Assembly: GCA_963796055.1 (NCBI GenBank)
Contig: CAWCKH010000004.1
Location: 64,001 to 128,000, forward strand
From: an uncultured delta proteobacterium
GTDB lineage: Bacteria > Myxococcota > Myxococcia > Myxococcales > Myxococcaceae
Direction: 5' to 3'
Length of the DNA: 64,000 nt
The notes under the pieces were generated by a model. The model searched no databases. It had not been told where the DNA came from and saw only the letters and a list, made by a program, of their open reading frames with translations. Every line of letters starts with the position of its first letter. Positions within the stretch are counted from its first letter, which is position 1. A program made the position numbers and the translations under genes. Below are positions 18,402 through 28,807 of this stretch, piece after piece.

Positions 18402-19226
18402 ATGACCGCTCCCTCGCAGACCGCCCGCGCCTTCCGGCTGTCGCGACGGTGGGACCGCACCGGCCGCCTGCTCGGGGACGCCGCCATGGAGCGGCTCGCC
18501 CGCGCACGGGTCATCGTCTTCGGCCTCGGCGGCGTGGGCAGCTACGCGGTGGAGGGGCTGGTCCGGAGCGGCGTGGGCCACCTCACCCTGGTGGACTTCG
18601 ACGAGGTCTGCGTCACCAACCTGAATCGCCAGCTGCATGCGACGGTGCGCACCGTGGGCAAGAGCAAGGCGGAGCTGATGGCCCAGCGCTGCCGCGAGGT
18701 GAACCCCGACTGCACCGTGGAGGCGGTGCCCGAGTTCTACCGGGCCGAGACCTCCGAGCAGCTGCTCCAGCCCCGCTGGGACTTCGTGGTGGACGCCATC
18801 GACAACGTGAAGGCCAAGCTCCATCTGCTGTCCCGCTGCATCCAGCTCGGGCTCCCGGTGGTGAGCAGCATGGGCGCAGCGGGTCGCCTCGACCCGACGG
18901 CCATCCGGGTCGATGACCTCTGCGAGACCATCATGGACCCCTTCGCCAAGGACATCCGCAAGCTCCTCAGGCGCAAGTACGGGGTGGAGACCGACCGGCG
19001 CACCGGCATCACCGCGGTGTACTCGGTCGAGCCACCCCGGACGCCGGTGCCGCTCAGCTACGACGCGGCGACCGAGGGGTTCCTCTGCGTGTGCCCCAGC
19101 CGCGAGAACGACTTCCACACCTGCGACCACCGCACCCAGGTGAACGGCAGCGTGGGCTTCGTCACCAGCGTGTTCGGGATGAACGCCGCCGGCGTGGTGG
19201 TCCGCCGCATCGCCCACGGCCGCTGA
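18402..19226 (+). CDS. tcdA: tRNA threonylcarbamoyladenosine dehydratase (ThiF/E1-like)
   Basis: FGLGGVGS, VDFDEVCVTNLNRQL, VDAID, SSMGAAGRLDPT, DPFAK. Confidence 0.88.
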   Translation: MTAPSQTARAFRLSRRWDRTGRLLGDAAMERLARARVIVFGLGGVGSYAVEGLVRSGVGHLTLVDFDEVCVTNLNRQLHATVRTVGKSKAELMAQRCREVNPDCTVEAVPEFYRAETSEQLLQPRWDFVVDAIDNVKAKLHLLSRCIQLGLPVVSSMGAAGRLDPTAIRVDDLCETIMDPFAKDIRKLLRRKYGVETDRRTGITAVYSVEPPRTPVPLSYDAATEGFLCVCPSRENDFHTCDHRTQVNGSVGFVTSVFGMNAAGVVVRRIAHGR

Positions 19227-19255
19227 GCCCCCGGGCCGCCGGGCCGGCCTCATTA

Positions 19256-20254
19256 TCAGGCCGCGGATGCGCTCGGGCCATCCGGCTGCGGCGTCCGCGG
19301 TGGGAGCGAGGCGAACGTCACCCCTTCCCGGCCACAGGCCCGCCGGAACGGGCAGCGGGCGCACTGCGACAGCTCCTCGGTCATGGGGAACTGGGCCGCG
19401 TCGAGCGGGGTGTTCGCCGCGGCGTTCACCAGCAGCTCGCGCATCCGCTGCACGGACTGCCGGAAGTGTACCGAGAAGTGCTGCACCGTCTGGGCGTCGA
19501 TCGGGACCTCGACCTCCTGCCCGGCGTTGAGGAACACCAGCCGGCAGCGGATCTGCTGCGGCTCCACCCGGTGGCGGTGGGCGAGGTACAGCGCGTAGCC
19601 CACCACCTGGTCCTCGTAGCCGGTGTGCGGCGCGCCGGTCTTCCAGTCCACCACGGTGATGTGGCCGTCGTGATCGCGGAAGGCGAAGTCCGGGATGGCG
19701 AACATCTTCACCCCGTCCATCTCGAACCAGCTGTGATCGGCGCCCTCGTCCACCTCCAGCCACTGCTGTGGCTGCAGCGCCCGCGCCCGCTCGAGCCACG
19801 GCGAGTGGAAGAACCAGCTCAGCGCCCCCTCCGCCCCGTCCCAGGTGCGCTTCCACTCGGCGTCCGGCAACGGCTCGCCGTACTCGTGCTCCATGAGCCC
19901 CATGAACTCGAGCCGGCGACGCTCCTTCCAGTAGGCCCGGGCGCGGGAATGCTTGTAGTCCTCGCGCATGATCGCCCGCGCCCGGATGATGGCCCTCGCC
20001 CCGTCCGGCCGGCGCCCGGCCCGGACCTCGAGCAGGGCATCCTTGATGACTGCGTGGACCACGCTGCCTGCCCAGTTGAAGCGGTTGGCGAGCTTCTTCA
20101 GAATCCACAGCTGGCGGAGCTCGGGGTGCGCCTCGTCCTCCCAGCCGCCCCAGCTGCCGTAGTAATGGAGGTAGTAGGCCCGCCGGCAGTCCTGGAACTT
20201 CTCGTGGCGGCTCTTCGACCAGCTGAAATCGTTGCTGAGGACGTTCTGGCCCAT
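19256..20254 (-). CDS. PD-(D/E)XK nuclease, AddB/Cas4-like with a probable Fe-S Cys set
   Basis: SWS...FQDCRRAYY, AIPDF, VVDWKTG, QVVGYA, C-terminal CARCPFRRAC. Confidence 0.85.
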   Translation of the reverse strand: MGQNVLSNDFSWSKSRHEKFQDCRRAYYLHYYGSWGGWEDEAHPELRQLWILKKLANRFNWAGSVVHAVIKDALLEVRAGRRPDGARAIIRARAIMREDYKHSRARAYWKERRRLEFMGLMEHEYGEPLPDAEWKRTWDGAEGALSWFFHSPWLERARALQPQQWLEVDEGADHSWFEMDGVKMFAIPDFAFRDHDGHITVVDWKTGAPHTGYEDQVVGYALYLAHRHRVEPQQIRCRLVFLNAGQEVEVPIDAQTVQHFSVHFRQSVQRMRELLVNAAANTPLDAAQFPMTEELSQCARCPFRRACGREGVTFASLPPRTPQPDGPSASAA

Positions 20255-20305
20255 TCCGGTTCGACGAGGACTGTAGCCCGCGGCCCTGTCACCGGGGGCC
20301 CGAAG

Positions 20306-21427
20306 GTGAAGCGACGGGGAGCGCGCCCGCCCGCCGTGCCTGCCGGCTCCGAGCTCCGCGGCGCGCTGCTCCGCTGGTACGGGACCCAGGCCCGCGATCT
20401 CCCGTGGCGGCGCACCCGGGACCCCTACGCCATCTGGGTGAGCGAGGTGATGCTCCAGCAGACCCAGGTGCCAGTGGTCCTGCCCTACTGGACGGCGTTC
20501 CTGGCGCGGTTTCCGGACGTGCGCGCGCTTGCCCGGGCGAGCCTGGACGAGGTGCTCGCCGCGTGGCGTGGCCTCGGCTACTACGCGCGGGCACGGAACC
20601 TTCACCGCGCAGCCCAGGTGGTGCTCGAGCACCACGCCGGTCGCCTCCCCGACGACGTCGAAGCGCTGCGCGCCCTGCCCGGCTTCGGACGGTACACGGT
20701 GGGAGCGGTGGCCTCGATCGCCTTCGGGCGTCCGGTCGCGCTGGTGGATGGCAACGTCGCCCGGGTGCTCGCGCGGCTGTTCGCCATCGCGGGGGCGACG
20801 GGGGACCCCGCGCGGGAAACGCGGCTGTGGTCGCTCGCCGAGGTGCTGGTCCAGGGCGAGCGCCCGGGGGACTGGAACCAGGGGCTGATGGAGCTCGGGG
20901 CGACGGTGTGCCGGCCCGAGCAGCCCACCTGTCTGCTCTGCCCGGTGCGCGCCCACTGCGCCGCCCTCACCGCGGGACGGGTGGAGGCGATTCCCGAGCC
21001 CAAGGTCCGCACCGCGCGGCGGCCGCTCCACCTGGCGGTTGCGGCGGTGCGGATGGGGGACGCGGTGCTGCTCGTCCGCCGCGACTGGACCGGGCTCTTC
21101 GGCGGGCTGTGGGAGCTCCCCGGGGTGGAGTGCGCGCCGGGCGGCGAGGTCGAGGCGCTCCGTGCGCGCTGGCCGGAGATCGGCGAGACGCTGCGTCCAC
21201 TGGGGAAGGTGGAGCGGACGCTCACCCACCGTGCGCTGACGATCGAGGTCTACGCGGTGGAAGCCCTCGCGCCGCCCGAGGGTGCACGGTGGGCGACCGC
21301 CCAGCAGATCGAATCGCTGGGCGTATCCGCCGCCATGCAGGCGGTGCTCCGGCGAGTATTCGGCGCAGAGGCGCCTGGAGGAGGCAAGGCATGGAGGAGC
21401 TCTCGCTCACCACGCTCGCGCGGATGA
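20306..21427 (+). CDS. mutY: A/G-specific adenine glycosylase
   Basis: RDLPWR, WVSEVMLQQTQV, WRGLGYYARARNL, LPGFGRYT, VDGNVARV, CRPEQPTCLLCPVRAHC, GLWELPG. Confidence 0.96.
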   Translation: MKRRGARPPAVPAGSELRGALLRWYGTQARDLPWRRTRDPYAIWVSEVMLQQTQVPVVLPYWTAFLARFPDVRALARASLDEVLAAWRGLGYYARARNLHRAAQVVLEHHAGRLPDDVEALRALPGFGRYTVGAVASIAFGRPVALVDGNVARVLARLFAIAGATGDPARETRLWSLAEVLVQGERPGDWNQGLMELGATVCRPEQPTCLLCPVRAHCAALTAGRVEAIPEPKVRTARRPLHLAVAAVRMGDAVLLVRRDWTGLFGGLWELPGVECAPGGEVEALRARWPEIGETLRPLGKVERTLTHRALTIEVYAVEALAPPEGARWATAQQIESLGVSAAMQAVLRRVFGAEAPGGGKAWRSSRSPRSRG

Positions 21428-21690
21428 TCGCCGCCGACCTGCTCCGGGCACATCCGGCGGTCGGGACGGCTGGAGGGGAGGAGATCGCCCACCGGCTGGA
21501 GACCGGGCTGCGGACCGCCGTGCGTCAGGAACGGCTGGCCTGCGTGGGCGAGTGCGAGCGCCGGCGGGACCTCTGGACGGCCACCGAGGAGCGCGCGGGC
21601 ACCCCACCCTCGCTGCGGACCGAGGCGCGCTTCCGGGCGAACGAGGCGGCAGTGCTCGCCGACGCCCTGCGCGCCCGGTCGACTGGCTGA
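21391..21690 (+). CDS. Hypothetical helical protein (99 aa)
   Basis: GGAGG RBS; MEELSLTTLARMIAADLL...EARFRANEAAVLADALR; fills the gap between mutY and the DUF2252 gene. Confidence 0.6.
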   Translation: MEELSLTTLARMIAADLLRAHPAVGTAGGEEIAHRLETGLRTAVRQERLACVGECERRRDLWTATEERAGTPPSLRTEARFRANEAAVLADALRARSTG

Positions 21691-21703
21691 GAGGAGTTCC
21701 CCG

Positions 21704-22933
21704 ATGGCCGACGCCACCGGCAAGCTTCGCCCCTTCGAGCTGGCCCGCTGGCAGCTCGAGCGCGACCAGGAACGGATGCGCCGCAGGCCCGAGGTGCTCG
21801 CGCGCAAGCAGGCGCGGATGGCGGCCTCGCCGTTCGCCTTCCTCCGCGGCTCGGCCCCGCTCTTCTACCGCCTGCTCCGCAACGCACCGCGCCTGGCGCG
21901 TGGGCCGGAGGAGGAGGGGCTGCTCTACGGCGACCTCCATCTCGAGAACTTCGGCGTCTATCGACCCGACCGCCCGTCGCGGGGCGGCGATCGCGTCGCC
22001 TTCGACCTGAACGATGCGGACGAGGCGTTCATCGGCCACCTCCACCTGGACGTGCTCCGGGTGCTCACCAGCGTGCTGCTCGCCGCGCGGGGCTGGGGCG
22101 CCACCACCGACGGTGCGCTCGGCCTCGCCGGCGAGCTACTGGACGGGTACAGCCGGGCGCGCGGCTCGGGACGGCTCCCGCCCGTCCCCGAACCGGTGTC
22201 GGCCCTGCTGGCGGAGGTCGCAGCCCGGAAGCGTCGCACGCTGCTCGACCGCTTCACGCGGGTCTCGGGGCACCATCGCCGCTTCATCCTGGGCGAGAAC
22301 CTCCTGCCGCTCCCCCGCGGGGTGAAGGCCGCCTGCGCGCGCGCCTTCACCCGGTTCGCGCAGCAGGACTTGAAGCAGGCCGGACATCCTCCCGAGCGTT
22401 TCGGGATCCTCGACGTCGCGTTTCGCCTCGCCGGTACCGGCAGCCTGGGTACCTTCCGGGTCGCGGTGCTCGCCGAGGGTCACGGCGCTCGCGACGGGGC
22501 GTGGATGTTCGACATGAAGGCCATGGGTGAGCCGGCAGGAGCGGCGCTCGCCGCGCGGGCTCCGGAGTTCGGGCCGGAGCGGGTGGTGCACGCGCTGCGG
22601 ACGCTGCTTCGCCAGCCGCCGGCGATGCTGGGGACGGTGCGCGTGCTCCGGCACGGGCTCCTGGTCCGCCGCCTCACGCCTCAGGACGACCGGCTCGACT
22701 GGAAGACGCTCCCCGCCGCGCAGCGCGGCCCGACGCTGGCCTTCCTCGGGGCGCTCACCGGGGTGGCGCATCGCCGGGGAGCTCGGCGGAAGCTCCCCCC
22801 GCTCGACGAGGCCCACGCGCGACGGCTCCTGCGGAACGCGGTCGAGCTGGCCGGGGTGCACGAGGCGGCGGCACTCGCCTATGTCGCCGAGGCCCGTCGA
22901 GGGCGCGAGGCGCTGGCGCCGCGACTCGCCTAG
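21704..22933 (+). CDS. DUF2252-family (kinase-like) protein
   Basis: RMAASPFAFLRGSA, GDLHLENFG, FDLNDADEA, AGTGSLG. Confidence 0.85.
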   Translation: MADATGKLRPFELARWQLERDQERMRRRPEVLARKQARMAASPFAFLRGSAPLFYRLLRNAPRLARGPEEEGLLYGDLHLENFGVYRPDRPSRGGDRVAFDLNDADEAFIGHLHLDVLRVLTSVLLAARGWGATTDGALGLAGELLDGYSRARGSGRLPPVPEPVSALLAEVAARKRRTLLDRFTRVSGHHRRFILGENLLPLPRGVKAACARAFTRFAQQDLKQAGHPPERFGILDVAFRLAGTGSLGTFRVAVLAEGHGARDGAWMFDMKAMGEPAGAALAARAPEFGPERVVHALRTLLRQPPAMLGTVRVLRHGLLVRRLTPQDDRLDWKTLPAAQRGPTLAFLGALTGVAHRRGARRKLPPLDEAHARRLLRNAVELAGVHEAAALAYVAEARRGREALAPRLA

Positions 22934-22947
22934 GCTCCCGGCCGGAA

Positions 22948-23721
22948 ATGGAGACCGCCGCCGAGATCCTCTGGAGGCACTGGCGACAGGGAACGCAGCT
23001 CGATGCGCTCCCCGAGAGCGTGCGTCCGCGCACGCGGGCCGAGGGCTACGCCATCCAGCGCGAGGTACAGGCCTGCGCGGGGCAGGGGCTCGCCGGGTGG
23101 AAGATCGCCGCCACCAGCATTCCGGGCCAGCGCCACATCGGCGTCGATGGGCCGATGGCCGGCAGACTAGTGGCGGAACGCGCCTTCCCCGGCGGCAGCG
23201 AGGTGTCGCTGGCCGGCAACATCATGCGGGTGGCCGAGCCCGAGTTCGCGTTCGCCTTTGGCCGCGACCTCGCACCGCGCGAGGCGCGCCACGCCGTCGG
23301 CGAGGTCCTGGACGCGGTGGCCAGCCTGCACCCGGCGATCGAGGTTCCGGACTCGCGCTACGCCGACTTCGTGCGTGCCGGGGAGGCTCAGCTGATCGCC
23401 GACAACGCCTGCGCGAGCTACCTCGTCCTCGGGCCTGCGACGCGGTTCCCGTGGCGGAGCCTGGACCTCGTCACCCACCGGGTGAGCGCCGAGGTGGTGG
23501 GCAGGTACGTGCGCGGGGGAAGCGGCGCCGCCGTCCTCGGCGATCCCCGCGTGGCCCTCACCTGGCTGGTCAACGAGCTGTCGGCGATCGGCGAGACGCT
23601 ACGGGCCGGTCAGGTGGTCATCACCGGAACCTGCATGGCCCCGCTGGAGATCCAGGAGGGGGACGAGGTGCGTGCCGACTTCGGGGTGCTCGGCTCGGTG
23701 GAAGCACGATTTCGCGGGTGA
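22948..23721 (+). CDS. 2-keto-4-pentenoate hydratase-like (FAA hydrolase family)
   Basis: GWKIAATS, AEPEFAF, AIEVPDSR, IADNA, GDP..ALTWL, GQVVITGT. Confidence 0.88.
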   Translation: METAAEILWRHWRQGTQLDALPESVRPRTRAEGYAIQREVQACAGQGLAGWKIAATSIPGQRHIGVDGPMAGRLVAERAFPGGSEVSLAGNIMRVAEPEFAFAFGRDLAPREARHAVGEVLDAVASLHPAIEVPDSRYADFVRAGEAQLIADNACASYLVLGPATRFPWRSLDLVTHRVSAEVVGRYVRGGSGAAVLGDPRVALTWLVNELSAIGETLRAGQVVITGTCMAPLEIQEGDEVRADFGVLGSVEARFRG

Positions 23722-23742
23722 GCACGCCCAGATCCCTCCGGG

Positions 23743-24336
23743 TCAGCGGGCAAGGGCGATGGCCGCCACCAGCCCCAGCGGAAGCAGGAGCAGCACCGCC
23801 AGCAGCACCCAGGCGGCGGGCCGGGCGAAGTTGAACGTCCAGCCGACTCCCCAGCGCTTGGGAACCACCAGCCTGGGGTCCGAGGGGTTGACGTAGAACA
23901 GCCCGCCGCGCGAGCCCTCGGTGCTCGCCGGGGCCAGGCGCGGAGCCCGTGCGATCTGGACCACCACCACCAGGACCATCGCTCCGGCGCCGACCAGCAC
24001 GGGAGTCGGTCCCCACAGGGGAACGAAGGCGGACGGGGTCGCCATGAGCCCGATCATCCAGCGGATCGGCGCCAGCAACCGGCGGACGCCCTCGGTCATC
24101 GCCGGCGGACCCACCCGTGCCCCGCTGGCCACGATGCCGTCGAGGAAGAGGAGGAGCCCGCCCAGGAAGAGGATGGGGAAGGCCATCGCCAGCGGCGTCC
24201 GGGGAAAGAAGCCGTTGGGTCGACCGGCGAGGTCCCAGTGCACCGGCATGGGCGAGGGGAATCGGTCGGCGAAGAGGACCAGTGCCACCGCGGGCGGCAC
24301 GAGCAAGAGGTAGGGGCCGACGGTGCGAAACTTCAT
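23743..24336 (-). CDS. DUF1648/DUF5808 membrane protein
   Basis: [14 protein letters not shown] (DUF1648-like); [25 protein letters not shown] (DUF5808-like); several TM helices. Confidence 0.82.
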   Translation of the reverse strand: MKFRTVGPYLLLVPPAVALVLFADRFPSPMPVHWDLAGRPNGFFPRTPLAMAFPILFLGGLLLFLDGIVASGARVGPPAMTEGVRRLLAPIRWMIGLMATPSAFVPLWGPTPVLVGAGAMVLVVVVQIARAPRLAPASTEGSRGGLFYVNPSDPRLVVPKRWGVGWTFNFARPAAWVLLAVLLLLPLGLVAAIALAR

Positions 24337-24401
24337 CGATGTCCTCCGCGTACCGAGTGAGTCTGGCACGCCCCCGGGGCGGGCCTTAGAAAGTGGACGC
24401 C

Positions 24402-25061
<660 letters not shown>

Positions 25062-25074
25062 GGCCGCCCCGGGC

Positions 25075-27513
25075 TCAGGGCACGGAGGGTTCCGGGGAAA
25101 CCAACCCGCCGCTCGTAGCCCGCGGCATTCTCCGGTGTCCCCGTCCCGCCACGGTCGACAGCACCGCCGCGACGGCGTACGCCGCGCCGGCGAGGACCAG
25201 GAGAACCCGGGAGCCCCGCTCCAGCGAGACCAGTGCCGAAAGCGGGGCGGCCGCGACCGAGGCGAAGCCGTTCGAGGCCCAGGCCCAGGCCAGGGTCCCA
25301 CCCCTCGGGGCGAGCTGACGGAGGCCGAGCGGGAAGGGGCGCCCCATCAGGTAAGCGAGCGGCCCGAGGCAGACCAGCATCGCCACCGCGCGAAGCGGCC
25401 AGGGCGCCGGCACGAGGGCGTGCACCACCCGGAGCAGCACCAGCGCGGCAATCCAGAGGAGGAGGGCCAGCACCCCGCAGGTCGGGCGGGCACGCGAGAC
25501 GGCGACCCTATCCGACCGGACGCTCCCCACCCCGGAAAGGGTCAGGAAAATCACCAGCACCGCCGCCACGGCGTAGACCGGATGGCCGAAGAGGAGCCCC
25601 AGCTGCTGGATGGCGGCGATCTCGGCCGCCATGTAGCCGCAGCCGAGGGCGCCGAAGTACCCGAGCACGGCCCACCGCGGGGCGATCCACCGCGCCCGGT
25701 GGCCCCGGAGCGCGACCGGGACGAGCAGCAGCAGCGCGGCGACGAGAACCGTCTGTACCAGGGTGGCGAGCAGCGCGATCGGCCCCCACTCGGCAAAGGG
25801 AAGCCAGGAACCGTGGGCGCCTCGCAACAGCGCGGGAAGGCTCCTCAGCCGCAGGAAGTGGTGCGGGTACGGCCGCGCGTCGTCCACCGGCGCCACGTCG
25901 AAGGGGTACCGCGCCGCGAAGCGGGCAACCTCCTCCGGAGAGCGGGTGGCAACGGCCGCCGCTTCCCGGAGCGAAGAGTCCTCGAGCACGTTGAAGGGAG
26001 CCGCAGAGGCGGATTCGTCCAGGGGCCAGTCGAGATCGAGCCCCCGGGCACGGGCGAGCTCCCGGACCTGCTCGAGCTCCGCGGCGCTGAAGGCGACCGG
26101 CCGGGCCAGGACGGTGACCGTCCCCCAGCTCCGTAGCACGAGCATGGTGAGCGACGGGGAGTGGCCGAGCCGCCGCAGTGCCGCGCCGGCGGTGAGAATG
26201 GTCCGCACGCTCTCGCGTGGCGGCGTCGAGAGCCAGGTGGTGACCGAGAGAACCCCCTCCGGCTCGAGGTGGCTCAGGAAGAGCTCGTATGCGTCGATGG
26301 TGTGGAGAAAGTCCTGGTCCAAGGCTCGAACCCCGCCCACCGAGGCCCCGTGGCCCGTGGCAGGCGCCAGCGAGATGAGATCGAAGGTCTCCCGTCCCCG
26401 GGCCAGAACTGCTCGGGCCTGCCCGACCCGGTCGTCGAGCAGTGCCGACTGCCAGAACTTGAGCTGTCCGAGCTGGCGCGCGAGGCGGAGCACATCCGGG
26501 TCTGGCTCCACCGTCACCACCCGCTCGGCGTCGGCTTCGAGCGCCGCCTCGAGGTCGAGCCCGTCCCCCACCCCGACCAGGAGGACGCGACGGCGCTTGG
26601 CCAGCGCGTATGGCACCGAGGTCGGGAGCGCGGCGGCCAGCGCCGCCACCCCGGGATCGGTCAGGTCGGTCGCTGCCCCGACGACGTCACCGTCGACGAG
26701 CAGCGCGGTCTGCCTAGGGAAGCTCCCGAAGAACGTCAGGGACAGGCCCGGCGCGAGGTGGAACGACGGCGCTTCCATTGCCAGGACCCATCCCAGGGGA
26801 CTGAAGCGCTCGGCGACGCGGTGCGCGCCGGGGAGCGCCGACAGCTGGGGCAGGCTCTTGTAGGGGGTGAGCTGAGCGTCCCATCCCGGTCCGAGAAAGA
26901 GTCCCGCCCCGAGGAACCCGCCGGCCGTCGCCACCCACCCGGCCCGGCTCCGCCATCCCAGCGCCAGCGCCCCGATGGCGGCGAGCACCGGCGGGAGGAC
27001 GAGCGCCCTCGCGGGCGGAAGGACGAAGAGGACGAGCAGCGCCAGCGCGACCCCCAGCGCACCCCCGGCGAAGCTCGCCCCGTAGAGGCGGCCGGTGCGC
27101 CCAGGCGCGAGCACGAAGCCGGTCAGGGTGGCGAGCCCGCCGGCGAGGAACGGCAAAGCGAGCACCGCGACCAGCACCGCCAGCCGGAGCCACTGGCCAC
27201 GCTCGAAGGGCAGCTGCGTCGGCTCCACGTTCACCCGGTGGGAGAGCCAGGGCGAGGCGACCAGCGCCAGCGCGGTCGCCGTCGCGGTCGTGCGCAGCCG
27301 TCGGCCCGCGGATGCCGCGTCGGCCGGGGGGCGGAGCGCGCCCAGCGTTCCACTGGCGCCGAGGCCCAGCAGCGCCACCCCGATGGCCATCGTGGCGAAG
27401 TGATGGAACTGCTCCACCCCGAACAGGCGGACCAGGAGAATCTCGTACCCGGTGGTCGAGGCCGAGAGCAGCGCGACTGCCGGCGCGAGCCCGCGCTGCT
27501 CCGGTCCGGTCAC
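25075..27513 (-). CDS. Polytopic membrane protein with a central spermidine-synthase-like SAM-binding domain
   Basis: N- and C-terminal TM bundles; [46 protein letters not shown] overlaps the pcm stop. Confidence 0.8.
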   Translation of the reverse strand: MTGPEQRGLAPAVALLSASTTGYEILLVRLFGVEQFHHFATMAIGVALLGLGASGTLGALRPPADAASAGRRLRTTATATALALVASPWLSHRVNVEPTQLPFERGQWLRLAVLVAVLALPFLAGGLATLTGFVLAPGRTGRLYGASFAGGALGVALALLVLFVLPPARALVLPPVLAAIGALALGWRSRAGWVATAGGFLGAGLFLGPGWDAQLTPYKSLPQLSALPGAHRVAERFSPLGWVLAMEAPSFHLAPGLSLTFFGSFPRQTALLVDGDVVGAATDLTDPGVAALAAALPTSVPYALAKRRRVLLVGVGDGLDLEAALEADAERVVTVEPDPDVLRLARQLGQLKFWQSALLDDRVGQARAVLARGRETFDLISLAPATGHGASVGGVRALDQDFLHTIDAYELFLSHLEPEGVLSVTTWLSTPPRESVRTILTAGAALRRLGHSPSLTMLVLRSWGTVTVLARPVAFSAAELEQVRELARARGLDLDWPLDESASAAPFNVLEDSSLREAAAVATRSPEEVARFAARYPFDVAPVDDARPYPHHFLRLRSLPALLRGAHGSWLPFAEWGPIALLATLVQTVLVAALLLLVPVALRGHRARWIAPRWAVLGYFGALGCGYMAAEIAAIQQLGLLFGHPVYAVAAVLVIFLTLSGVGSVRSDRVAVSRARPTCGVLALLLWIAALVLLRVVHALVPAPWPLRAVAMLVCLGPLAYLMGRPFPLGLRQLAPRGGTLAWAWASNGFASVAAAPLSALVSLERGSRVLLVLAGAAYAVAAVLSTVAGRGHRRMPRATSGGLVSPEPSVP

Positions 27514-28220
27514 CGGAGCCCGCTCAGCATCGGCACGAAGGCCACCGGGAGCAGGATGCGGGTCCGCACCACGCCGGCGGCGTCCTTGTCCACCTGCAGC
27601 AGATTCTGCGCGCCGAACATGCTTCCCACCGGGATGACCATCCTCCCACCGGGTTTGAGCTGCTCGATCAGCGCCGGCGGGACGTGCGACGACGCGGCGG
27701 TCACCACGATGGCGTCGAACGGCGCCTCCTCGGGCCAGCCCAGGTTCCCGTCGCCGTGGCGCACGGTGGCGCGGTAGCCCAGCCGCTCCAGGCGCTGCCT
27801 GGCGCTGGTGGCCAGCTCGGCGAAGATCTCCATGGTGTAGACCCGGGCTCCGGCGGCGGCGAGCACCGCGGCCTGGTAGCCCGAACCGGTCCCGACCTCG
27901 AGGATCTTCATGCCCTCGCGGGGCCGCACGACCTCGGTCTGATAGGCCACGATGTACGGCTGGGAGATGGTCTGGCCGAGGCCGATCGGCAGCGGGCGGT
28001 TCTCGTAGGCCGCGGACGACAGCCCCGGAGGCACGAACTCGTGCCGGGGCACGGTTCGCATGGCTTGCAGCGTGGCCGGATCACGGATCCCCTCGGACAC
28101 CAGGTACCGCTGGACCATGTCCAGCCGCTCGGCGGCGCGGGAGTCCGGGGCCCGCCCGGCGTCGGGAGCGTCGGCCAGGGCCAGACTTTCCAGGACGAAG
28201 ACCGCGATCAGAGAGCGCAC
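27510..28220 (-). CDS. pcm: Protein-L-isoaspartate O-methyltransferase with a signal-like N-terminal extension
   Basis: VPRHEFV, LPIGLGQTISQPYIVA, LEVGTGSGYQAAVL, APFDAIVVTAA, QLKPGGRMVIPVG, VAFVP. Confidence 0.95.
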   Translation of the reverse strand: MRSLIAVFVLESLALADAPDAGRAPDSRAAERLDMVQRYLVSEGIRDPATLQAMRTVPRHEFVPPGLSSAAYENRPLPIGLGQTISQPYIVAYQTEVVRPREGMKILEVGTGSGYQAAVLAAAGARVYTMEIFAELATSARQRLERLGYRATVRHGDGNLGWPEEAPFDAIVVTAASSHVPPALIEQLKPGGRMVIPVGSMFGAQNLLQVDKDAAGVVRTRILLPVAFVPMLSGLR

Positions 28221-28341
28221 GGTGCCTCCTCCGCTCGTTCTCCCGGGAGTCTAGGACACCCGTGGAGGCCCGGGGACGTCGGAAGGTGAATCCTTCCTCG
28301 AGACCTCGCGTCGGGTGAGGATGCGCACCCCCGGAGAGCTC

Positions 28342-28713
28342 ATGCACCGTTGCGCGGTCGGGTGGATGCTCGTTTCCGCACTGGGAACCGCCTGCACCGG
28401 CGCGGCCTCGGCTGTGCCCGCTCCACTCGATGCCGGTAGCGACCCTGGAGCTCGGGCGATCTCGCCGCACCCGGTACAGGCGGAGCGGAGCTCCGGGTTC
28501 CGGGCGTCGCCCTCGACCGACGGCCCAGATGCGGGTGTTCCCATCGGGCTTCGGCGCCCGTCCGCCCCGATTCCCACGCTGGACGAGCACCGCCGGGTGA
28601 AGCCGCCGCCCCTGGATCCGCGACGGACTCCGCCTCCCGGCCCGATCTTCCTTCCCCGCCCTTCCGAGGCGTCGCCCGGAACGGGCGATGATGCCGGTCC
28701 CCTGAAGCAGTGA
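28342..28713 (+). CDS. Putative Pro-rich lipoprotein
   Basis: GGAG RBS; lipobox-like LGTAC; low-complexity Pro-rich tail with DAG motifs. Confidence 0.45.
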   Translation: MHRCAVGWMLVSALGTACTGAASAVPAPLDAGSDPGARAISPHPVQAERSSGFRASPSTDGPDAGVPIGLRRPSAPIPTLDEHRRVKPPPLDPRRTPPPGPIFLPRPSEASPGTGDDAGPLKQ

Positions 28714-28807
28714 CCGGTGGCGCGGCCGAGCGTCGCCGCCCGACCTGCACTGCAGGGGTTCACGGCCCCGGCGACCGCACACGCCGCCGTGGCCGTCGTG
28801 CCCCTCC

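Noticed and set aside
19256..20254. CRISPR-Cas locus suggested by the Cas4-like nuclease and the TPR-CHAT protein
   Set aside because: No repeat-spacer array and no cas1/cas2/cas7-11 genes seen in the window; the two genes are about 29 kb apart.
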